Source of the DNA: Candidatus Latescibacterota bacterium | GTDB lineage: Bacteria > Latescibacterota > UBA2968 > GCA-2709665 | DNA: 64,000 nt | Reading direction: 5' to 3' | Assembly: GCA_965219455.1 (NCBI GenBank) | Contig: OZ244744.1 | Location: forward strand, 3,360,001 to 3,424,000 | Shown here: positions 49,039 to 57,083 of the stretch, piece by piece | Layout: each line of letters begins with the position of its first letter | How positions within the stretch are numbered: position 1 is the first letter of the stretch | Notes under the pieces: model-generated | The model's input: the letters and a program-made list of their open reading frames with translations, nothing else | The model's database searches: none | Told to the model about the DNA's origin: nothing | Program-made: the position numbers and the translations under genes

Positions 49039-51570
49039 TTGGTCCGCTACTTCGCAAATTCGCTGGGCGCCCAACTTCGCGCGGGGGGCAGCCTTTATTT
49101 TCTGACGGTATTCGGCGTGGCGCTGGGCGTTGCGTCGGTACTCTCCATTCAGATTGTCAATTACAACGCGCTGGCCGCGTTCGAGGGGACGGTGCGGGCG
49201 GTGAGCGGGGAGGCGGATTTAAGCGTGCTGGGAAGAACGCCGGCGTTCCCGGAGCATTTGTATGCCGACGTGTTGGCCGTAGAGGGGGTGGCGGCGGCCT
49301 GGCCCCTCTATCGGGTGGACGTGGCGCTGGCAGATCGGGACCGGTTTTTTCTGGAGGTGTTGGGGGTCGACTTTTTCACGCCGATGCGGATCCCGTGGCG
49401 GGGCGACCCAGGGGATGTTTCGGCGGCGCTTAAGGGAGACGGATGGAGCGCGGTCACGCCGGCTCTGGCGGCGCGGTTCGGTTGGGCCGTGGGCGATACG
49501 TTCGAAGTCCACAGCGGGGTTCGACGGGTACGGTTGCGCGTCGGGGCGCTGGTGGACTTCCAGGAGTTAAGCCCGCTGGCCAGCCGGAAACTGGTGGTGA
49601 TGGACATCGCGCAGGCGCAGGCGTTGCTGGGGCGGAGGGGTGAGCTTCACCAGATTGACGTACGTACGGCCGGCGGCGCGGACGCAGACGGGGTCCGGAG
49701 TCGACTGCAAGCACGGCTCGGGCCCCGAGTGCGCGTGGCGACGCCGGGGCAGCGGTCCGAGCAGGCGGAGGGGCTGCTTTCGGCGTTCCGGCTGAATCTG
49801 ACGGCGATGAGCCTCATCAGCCTGTTCGTGGGGCTCTTCCTGGTCTACAGCAGCACGCAGGCGGGGCTGGTTCGGCGGCGGGCGGAGTTCGGACTCCTGC
49901 GCTCTCTGGGCGCCACGCGGGCCCAGGTCCTCGCGTTGATACTGGGGGAGGTGGCGCTTCTGGGCGTGCTGGGCGTGCTGCTTGGGCTGCCGTTAGGGTA
50001 CTGGGCCGCTGAGGCGAACCTCGAGGTCGTGAGCGCAACGCTCACGAATCTCTACCTGCTGGAGGAGATTTCATCCCTGTCGCTGCCGCGATGGTTGTAC
50101 GGGCTGGGTGTGGCGATCGGGATGGGCGGCGCCCTGGCGGGCGCGCTGGCGCCCGCGCTGGATATGAGCCGGCGGGATACGCGCGCACTGCTTTCGGCAT
50201 TTCCGCTTCAGGAGCGGACGGGTTCGCTGGTGTTGCGGCTCTTTTCAGCGGGTACGGGCATTCTTGCGGCGGCGGGCATCTGGTACCTCGGGTGGGGTAG
50301 GGAATGGAAACACGCGGGGTTCGTGCTTTGCGTGGCGCTTTTGATCGGGCTGCCGTTATGCGCGCCGTTCACAATCCGCCAGGTTTGCGGACGGGTGCGT
50401 GTGAGTGGGTTTGGACTGGGGTACAGTTTGAAGGGTCTGGGCGTTCGGATCCGGACGACGTCGTTCGCGGTGGCGTCGTTGGCAATTGCCGTCAGCATGC
50501 TGGTGGGCATCACGCTGATGATCGGAAGTTTCCGGCGGACGCTGGAGGTGTGGGTCAACGCGTCGATCCGGGCGGACGTGTATATCTCGCCCGCGTCATG
50601 GCGGGGGCGTGGAACCGAGGGCATTCTGGAGGATGATCTGGTCGAGGCGCTGTCAGGTCATCCGGGCGTGGCGGCAGTGGACCGCCTCCGAGGTTTCCCC
50701 GCCTGGTCCGGCGACCGCCAGATCGGACTGGCGGGCGTGGACATGGCGCTTCCCGGTGGCGAGGCGCGCTTTCCACTGCTGGATGGGGACGTGGATGAGG
50801 CGTATCGGATGGTGCGGGAGGAGGGCGCGGTCTTTGTCGGAGAAACGCTGGCCCGCGCGGTTGACAAATGGACCGGTGATGAAATCGCGGTTTCCGGGCC
50901 GGACGGGGAGATGCGGTTTCCCGTGGCAGGCGTGTACTACGACTACCATACCGGCGGCGGCGCGGTCGTCATGGATCTGAAAACGCTGGAGACCTTCTTC
51001 GGCCCGGGACCGGTCAACGGCGCGGCGCTTTTTTTGAAGCCGGGTTGGGACGGAGACACGGTCATAGACAGTTTGAAGGCGCGGTTTTCGGACGCCCCCC
51101 TTCTAATACGCAGCAATCGCCGGCTCAGAGACGAGGTGTTCCGGATTTTCGATCAGACATTTCTGGTAACACGGATTCTGCAGGGGATGAGTCTGCTGAT
51201 TGCGGTATGCGGGATCATGTTGATGCTTCTGGTTCTCGTGCGGGAGCAGGTTTCCGAATTGGCGCTGTATCGCGCCGTCGGCGCCAGGCGCAGGCAGGTC
51301 TTCTGGGTGTTTTTGGGTCAGGGCATGGGTTTCGGATTGCTGGGCCTGGGCTTGGGACTCGTTGGGGGCGTGCTGCTGGCGGGCATCCTGGTTTTCGAGA
51401 TCAACCGGGCGTATTTCGGATGGACCATACAGGTCCACTGGCCATGGGGACCGGTCCTTCAGCAGGTGGCCGCGATCCTGGCCGCGGCCGTGTTGGCAAG
51501 TCTCTATCCGGCGGCGCGAGCCAGCCGGACACCGGCGACGGAGTTGGGCAGGGACGACCTGTTGGCGTGA
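49039..51570 (+). CDS. FtsX/MacB-like ABC permease (duplicated halves)
   Basis: GVALGVA, FRLNL, LLRSLGA, MIGSFRRT, IFDQTF, INRAYFGW, YPA. Confidence 0.88.
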   Translation: MVRYFANSLGAQLRAGGSLYFLTVFGVALGVASVLSIQIVNYNALAAFEGTVRAVSGEADLSVLGRTPAFPEHLYADVLAVEGVAAAWPLYRVDVALADRDRFFLEVLGVDFFTPMRIPWRGDPGDVSAALKGDGWSAVTPALAARFGWAVGDTFEVHSGVRRVRLRVGALVDFQELSPLASRKLVVMDIAQAQALLGRRGELHQIDVRTAGGADADGVRSRLQARLGPRVRVATPGQRSEQAEGLLSAFRLNLTAMSLISLFVGLFLVYSSTQAGLVRRRAEFGLLRSLGATRAQVLALILGEVALLGVLGVLLGLPLGYWAAEANLEVVSATLTNLYLLEEISSLSLPRWLYGLGVAIGMGGALAGALAPALDMSRRDTRALLSAFPLQERTGSLVLRLFSAGTGILAAAGIWYLGWGREWKHAGFVLCVALLIGLPLCAPFTIRQVCGRVRVSGFGLGYSLKGLGVRIRTTSFAVASLAIAVSMLVGITLMIGSFRRTLEVWVNASIRADVYISPASWRGRGTEGILEDDLVEALSGHPGVAAVDRLRGFPAWSGDRQIGLAGVDMALPGGEARFPLLDGDVDEAYRMVREEGAVFVGETLARAVDKWTGDEIAVSGPDGEMRFPVAGVYYDYHTGGGAVVMDLKTLETFFGPGPVNGAALFLKPGWDGDTVIDSLKARFSDAPLLIRSNRRLRDEVFRIFDQTFLVTRILQGMSLLIAVCGIMLMLLVLVREQVSELALYRAVGARRRQVFWVFLGQGMGFGLLGLGLGLVGGVLLAGILVFEINRAYFGWTIQVHWPWGPVLQQVAAILAAAVLASLYPAARASRTPATELGRDDLLA

Positions 51571-51753
51571 AATCACACGTCGCGGGCCGGGGAAGCCCGG
51601 TGGCGCGAATTTTGTTGCCAAAGGCAAGATGGGGCGGGATATTTCAGCCTGTACGTTCCAGCCGACGCGCTGCCCCGCCTGCCCGAATAATGACTGCGCT
51701 GGAAGACCATTGAATTCTGGTTGCAATTATTGACACCAAGACCGGAGGACCCG

Positions 51754-52986
51754 ATGAATCTCTTCTTGATCTTGCAGACTGTACTTATCGCCCTGCTCGT
51801 CCTGGCGTTCCTCGCCCTCCTGTTTGTCTCGGTCGCCGGGCTGAATATATCCGCGCTTCTGGGTCTATCCCAGAAATCCGAAGCAATTAAATTCCTCGGA
51901 ATCGGCGCTGCCGGTATCCTGGTTGCCCTGAACGCCCTGATGTCCTACAAGCGCGCCAGAGAAATGGAGCGGGTTGCGAAAGCGCAGGCCGACGCGGCGG
52001 GCGAGCAGGCGCGAGCCAGCCGCGACGCCGAACTGGGGCGGCGGCATGAACGCCTGCATAACGGCGTTGAACACCTTGGACACGACTCGGTGGCCGTGCG
52101 CCTGGGCGGAGCCTACGAACTCTTCCACCTTGCGCAGGATACCGAAGCGTTGCGCCAGCCGGTGCTGGACATTCTCTGCGCGCATATCCGCCGCACCACG
52201 GGGCAGGACACGTATCGGAGAAGGCACAGGTCGAAACCGTCCGAAGAAGTCCAGAGCCTGCTGAACCTGCTGTTCACCTCGCCACACGGGATCTGCAAGG
52301 GCCTACGCATCGATTTGCAGGGAAGCTGGTTGAATGGGGCCACGCTATGTGCCGCGTACCTGTGCGGCGCCAATCTTGCGGAGGCGAAGCTGCAAGGCGC
52401 GGATCTTGTCGGGGCGCAACTCCAGGGGACCGACATGTCCTGGGCGCACCTGCAGGTGGCCGGTCTTTCATGGGCGCGGCTGCAGGGCGCCGATCTTGTC
52501 GGCGCGCGGCTCGATGCCGCGAGCATTTCCAGGGCGAATCTTCAGGGGGCAGATCTTGCCCGTTCGATGTTGCGCGGCGCCGCACTTTCCCGAACGCATC
52601 TGCAAGGTGCTTTTATTGTTGGAGCGAATCTGCAGGGCGCGGACCTCACCGAGGCGCAGCTTCACGGCGTGAGGAGTTACGTGGATTACCCCGATTCCTT
52701 CGCCCAGCGCGTGACGCAGTCAATCGGGGAAGAGAGCGACTTGAGCGGGGCGATCTTCGCGGGCGGATTGACGCTGGAGGAAGTGGAGTCCGTTCTGGAT
52801 GGAATGTACCACGAAATGGCAACCGTGTTACGAGAAAAGTTGACGCCGCACATCGGCAAGAGGACGTCCTACGAACTTCCGGAACACAGCGGCGCGGTCA
52901 TCGGAACCTACACCGACGAAGAGGCCGAAAAATGGATCGCGGAATACGAGGAAGCCATGTCGGGGGTGGGAGAGGAAGACGGCTAA
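51754..52986 (+). CDS. Membrane-anchored pentapeptide-repeat protein
   Basis: GGAGG RBS; two N-terminal TMs, VRLGGAYEL...DILCAHIR segment, A(D/N)LxG pentapeptide repeats. Confidence 0.88.
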   Translation: MNLFLILQTVLIALLVLAFLALLFVSVAGLNISALLGLSQKSEAIKFLGIGAAGILVALNALMSYKRAREMERVAKAQADAAGEQARASRDAELGRRHERLHNGVEHLGHDSVAVRLGGAYELFHLAQDTEALRQPVLDILCAHIRRTTGQDTYRRRHRSKPSEEVQSLLNLLFTSPHGICKGLRIDLQGSWLNGATLCAAYLCGANLAEAKLQGADLVGAQLQGTDMSWAHLQVAGLSWARLQGADLVGARLDAASISRANLQGADLARSMLRGAALSRTHLQGAFIVGANLQGADLTEAQLHGVRSYVDYPDSFAQRVTQSIGEESDLSGAIFAGGLTLEEVESVLDGMYHEMATVLREKLTPHIGKRTSYELPEHSGAVIGTYTDEEAEKWIAEYEEAMSGVGEEDG

Positions 52987-53202
52987 GGCCGAAAACAGAC
53001 TGGTTGGCAGGCCGGAGGCGGTGTCGTCGCTGAACGAGCCTGACAGGGAGGTCGTTGGCTTCAGACGGACTCCTCATGTAGGGAGATTAGGCGGCTGCTC
53101 ACAACCGCGAACGCCTGGATGGATGAACGATGATTTGGCGTTGATTCAAATTTCTCGCCGGCAGCAACAGGTCGATAACAGGCAATTTTACCGAAAAACC
53201 AT

Positions 53203-53231
53203 TTGAATTACGTGCGGCAATGCCGCATATT
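53203..53231 (+). promoter_or_regulatory. higBA promoter with operator palindrome; probably leaderless
   Basis: TTGAAT-17nt-CATATT; perfect IR TGCGGCA-A-TGCCGCA at 53213-53227; ATG only 6 nt after the -10. Confidence 0.6.
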
Positions 53232-53237
53232 TATTTC

Positions 53238-53570
53238 ATGCGAATATTCGCAACCCGGACCTACGACCGGGCTATCCGCAGGTTGCTTTCAGATGAAAGC
53301 CGCATGGAGATGGAAGCTGCTATTGCAGCCGACCCCACGGGAGCGTCGGTCATTCCGGGTACCGGTGGCATTCGAAAGATGCGCTGGCGCGGGTTCGGGC
53401 GGGGCAAACGGGGCGGCATTCGGACCATTTACTTCCTTAACACAGAGTCAGTTGCCATCTATTTGTTAACAGCCTATGCAAAGGCTGCACGCAATGACCT
53501 GAGTCCGGCAGACAAGAAAGCGCTCAAGAGTCAGGTTGCAGCAATCAAGGAACAGGAGAAAGCACAATGA
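53238..53570 (+). CDS. higB: RelE/HigB2-family toxin
   Basis: IPGTGGIRKMRW, GKRGGIRTIYF, LLTAYAK; toxin-first order. Confidence 0.9.
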   Translation: MRIFATRTYDRAIRRLLSDESRMEMEAAIAADPTGASVIPGTGGIRKMRWRGFGRGKRGGIRTIYFLNTESVAIYLLTAYAKAARNDLSPADKKALKSQVAAIKEQEKAQ

Positions 53571-53872
53571 CCGTAGAACGAACTCAATTAGGCCAGGAAA
53601 TCGAGACCGCACTTGGGGAAGTACTCGCCCACGTGCGCGGCGAAATGGATCTTCCGTGCCGAATCGTGGATGACCCTACTGCGGAGAGGATTCGCGCCCT
53701 TCGCCACGGCATGAAGTTAAGCCGTGAGAAGTTCGCAAAGCGATTCGGTTTAGACGTGCGCGCAGTGCAGGATTGGGAACAAGGTCGTCGCGTTCCGGAT
53801 CGGGCAGCCCGCGTCCTGCTGACTGTCATCGACTGCGAACCGGAAGCTGTCGTTCGCGCGCTTGCCAGGTAA
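53567..53872 (+). CDS. higA: HigA-like XRE HTH antitoxin
   Basis: IRALRHGMKLSREKFA...VQDWEQGRRVP; ATGA overlap with toxin. Confidence 0.88.
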   Translation: MTVERTQLGQEIETALGEVLAHVRGEMDLPCRIVDDPTAERIRALRHGMKLSREKFAKRFGLDVRAVQDWEQGRRVPDRAARVLLTVIDCEPEAVVRALAR

Positions 53873-53970
53873 ACGTGTCAGCATAGAATTTCCGACTGCA
53901 TCCTACGGAATGTTTGATCCCGAATAAGATGTCTGAGCATTTGGACATCCTCGCCGGGAGATTGCTATCT

Positions 53971-54068
53971 ATGGGCAGCCTGCGAGGGCATATTGTTGAC
54001 GGCGCGACGGGCGAGCAGTCGCGCCGTCAACACTCGACCGTGAGGGCATCGTCTTCAAGCAGGCACCC
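53971..54068 (+). pseudogene. Orphan diverged copy 1 of the 5' end of the CehA/McbA-like gene
   Basis: atgggcagcctgcgagggcatattgttgacggcgcgacgggcgagcag aligns to 62014-62061; weak similarity resumes at ...ttcaagcaggcaccc. Confidence 0.8.
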
Positions 54069-54171
54069 TACGACGTGAAGACAAGGAACTAAGTGGGGAT
54101 CATGTGCTTGGGCGTGGTTCATAATCGTCGTCATACCGTCGAAAATATGAGAGCGTTCAAGCGGAGGCTTC

Positions 54172-55524
54172 ATGAACGATAGAAATACATGGCGCATCCG
54201 CGACCCGGTCCATGGGCTGATTGTGTTCGGGGATGGAAACGACAAAGCCCAAAATGAGACGGACCAGATCGCGTGGCGTTTGCTCAATACACCCGAGTTC
54301 CAACGCCTGCGCCGAATCCGTCATTTGGGTTTCTCCGACCTGGTATATCCCGGCGCGACACATAGCCGTTTTGCACACGCTGTCGGCGTCTATCACACTG
54401 CGCGTCGAATCGTTGACGTAATCAGACGCCGTCTAAAGAACCAGGAGTTTGACGAGAACAGAACAAGGGTGGCGCTGTTGGCCGCACTACTGCACGATAT
54501 CGGGCATGGGCCTTTGAGTCACGTCTTCGAACATGCGGCTCAGGCCACGGGCTTGAGTAAACGCCATGAGGATTGGAGTGCGGAGATCCTCCTGGGCGAT
54601 ACGGAGGTCAAGAGCATATTGCAAGAGGTGGACACGGTGCTGCCGGGGGACATCAGCGCGCTAATTAAGGAGGAAGAGCCGAAGGACATCTACGCCACCA
54701 TTGTCTCCAGTCAGTTCGACGCCGACCGGCTCGACTACCTGCAGCGGGATCGCCTGATGACTGGAGTCGAGTTCGCGCATCTCGATTGTAGCTGGTTGCT
54801 TGATTGCCTTGAGGCCGGACCGGTTACTATTGAAATGGATGGACCGGTCGAAGTGGAGTGTCTGTATCTCAATTTCAAGGGTGTGCAGGTCGCGGAGGAG
54901 TACTTGCAAGCCCGTTTCCGCCTCTACAAGGCGGTCTATATGCACAAGACTACGAGGGGCGCTGAGAAAATGTTCGAGGCTTTGCTGAGGATCTGCATGA
55001 AGGATCTAAGAGAGGATAAATGGGTGCAACAGGATCCAGTGTTGAATTTTTTTATGTCCGAATCGTCTTCGTTGAGTTCGTATCTCAAGCTCGACGATGC
55101 CTCAGTTTGGGCCACCGTGGCGGCTCTTGCTTCTTCATCTCAAACTAACATTGCTGAGTTGGCAAGCCGTCTGCGTGACCGACGGCTTTACAAGTGTTTC
55201 GATATCGGCATTCGGGACAAGCCACAGGGCGATCTGTACACTCGCTCCCGGCGTAAATTGAGAGCTGATTACAAGGAATATGACAGCCTTCTATTAGACG
55301 ACGCGGAGGTCGTGTTCTACAGATGGTACGATTTTGACGATTCGTCGGCACTCAATAAAGTTTTGGTGAAAACACGCGCCGAGGATCAAGAACCGAAGGA
55401 CATTGCCAATGTGTCCCCCATCGTCCCTGCGCTTCGTGACGCGGAGCGTATTCAGCGGGTTTACGCACCGGATCAAAGCCAGATAGAGGAAATCAGTCAG
55501 ATTTTGAAGGAGGTCAATCCATGA
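54172..55524 (+). CDS. HD-domain phosphohydrolase, YwfO/SAMHD1-like dNTP triphosphohydrolase family
   Basis: RDPVHG, FQRLRRIRHLG, YPGATHSRFAH, LLHDIGHGPLSH, DADRLDYLQRD, VYMHK; GGAGG RBS. Confidence 0.9.
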   Translation: MNDRNTWRIRDPVHGLIVFGDGNDKAQNETDQIAWRLLNTPEFQRLRRIRHLGFSDLVYPGATHSRFAHAVGVYHTARRIVDVIRRRLKNQEFDENRTRVALLAALLHDIGHGPLSHVFEHAAQATGLSKRHEDWSAEILLGDTEVKSILQEVDTVLPGDISALIKEEEPKDIYATIVSSQFDADRLDYLQRDRLMTGVEFAHLDCSWLLDCLEAGPVTIEMDGPVEVECLYLNFKGVQVAEEYLQARFRLYKAVYMHKTTRGAEKMFEALLRICMKDLREDKWVQQDPVLNFFMSESSSLSSYLKLDDASVWATVAALASSSQTNIAELASRLRDRRLYKCFDIGIRDKPQGDLYTRSRRKLRADYKEYDSLLLDDAEVVFYRWYDFDDSSALNKVLVKTRAEDQEPKDIANVSPIVPALRDAERIQRVYAPDQSQIEEISQILKEVNP

Positions 55525-56054
55525 ATGCCAGAGACGTCGTGGTCAATTTGGTTAAACTGAACGGACGGGAACTGAACGGCCAGACACGGCTGCAGAGAGA
55601 AGCCTACCTTCTGGATCGTTGCGGGGCGAAATTTGAGCTCTCGTTTGCGTATCACTATAGCGGTCCTTACTCCTTTGAGCTTGCCAATGGATGGGAGGAC
55701 GCAAAGGCCGAAGGTCGGATTGAAGTCGAGGAAAAGCTCGGCCGGTACGATGTCTCGTATTTGAGTTTTAAACAGAAAGAGTCTGATGACGATCCGGACA
55801 ACCTGGGTGAGCTGTCGGCTGCCGATGCCCGTGAACGATTACAGAAGATGGCGGAGGCATCGGATACCGTTTTGGAGCTCGCGGCTGCCATTGTCTATCT
55901 GAGGAGAGAGGGATACGCTGAACGGGCCATCGAAGAGTTGAAAATGCGCAAGCCTCTCAAAGCGACGGGTGGACGGATCGACAAAGCCAGGGCTCTGCTG
56001 CGCGACCTCGGCCTCGAAGAAGACGCCACGCTTTCAGACTCGCCGTTGTCATAA
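55521..56054 (+). CDS. YwgA-family protein
   Basis: GQTRLQREAYLL...F.YHYSGPYSFEL...LELAAAIVYL; AAGGAGG RBS, ATGA overlap with HD gene. Confidence 0.75.
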   Translation: MNARDVVVNLVKLNGRELNGQTRLQREAYLLDRCGAKFELSFAYHYSGPYSFELANGWEDAKAEGRIEVEEKLGRYDVSYLSFKQKESDDDPDNLGELSAADARERLQKMAEASDTVLELAAAIVYLRREGYAERAIEELKMRKPLKATGGRIDKARALLRDLGLEEDATLSDSPLS

Positions 56055-56076
56055 AGGGAGTTAACGGACCTGATCC

Positions 56077-56781
56077 ATGCAGCTGAAACGATATCAAGCC
56101 GACACGCTCTCCGTTCTGCGCCGATTTTTTGAGGAGGCGCGAGTCGCCGGACCCAAGAACGCCTACGAGGCGATAACAAGAGAACCGGAACAGGCCGGGC
56201 GGCTTGGGGGCTACGCCGGAGCTTATGTGCCGTTAATAGAATTGCCGGAGGTTCCCTACGTCTGCCTGCGCCTGCCCACCGGCGGGGGCAAGACGATCCT
56301 CGCCGCTCATGCCGTATCCGTTGTGCGCAATGCGTGGGTTGAGAAGGACTATCCACTGGTGCTTTGGCTGGTACCGACGAATACCATTCGGAGGCAGACG
56401 GTCGACGCGCTGAAAAGCCCCCGCCATGCTTATCGACAGGTGTTGGACGAGGCCTTTGAAGGTAGGGTGCGTATATTTGACATTGCGGATTTCACGCACA
56501 TCCGACCGCACGATATCCGCGATCAGTGCTGCATTGTTATTGGCACGATCCAGACGCTGAGGGTGAAGAGCACCGAGGGACGCAAGGTCTACGCGCACAA
56601 CGAGGAAATGGAACCGCATTTCTCTGCCGTGCGACGGACCTCAACGGGCCTGGAGATGTTGGAAAACGGGGCCGTAGCCGCCCGCGCCGCGTTGTCAAAA
56701 AAGGCGCGGGATGACGTCGAGTACATCCGTCCCATCGTTCTGTTTCAGGTACTGGTTCAGTGTCGAGGGGTGAGTTCCTGA
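56077..56781 (+). pseudogene. Truncated type III restriction (Res) DEAD/DEAH helicase subunit
   Basis: MQLKRYQ, CLRLPTGGGKT Walker A, LWLVP, TIQTL; no Walker B; jumps to YIRPIVLFQ then stops at 234 aa. Confidence 0.8.
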
Positions 56782-57083
56782 CCGGAGAGCGAGAGTGTGA
56801 CGAGAGAAGCAGTAGACGCCGGCGAGAATAGAAATCGGAGACATTAGTAGACGGTAGACTTTGGACTTGGAGGAATCGACAGGGAACAGGATCGGGTTAG
56901 GCCCTGTTCAGAATCTGTCAAAGCGGGCGGCGTGCCGTCGCAGAAATATCCATCCAGTCAGTGAAAGGAACTCTACCAGTCTGAGAATAACATATATGGC
57001 ACCCGGCCGCGTGGAACATTTTTTCGAATTTTTCTCTGGAAGCCTGTGGACTGGATCGACCCTCCTGAGGGCATCTTCGGCGT

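Noticed and set aside
53994-54032. Integron attC site
   Set aside because: Arms are oriented GTT...AAC rather than RYYYAAC...GTTRRRY, there are no extrahelical bases, and no intI is in the window.
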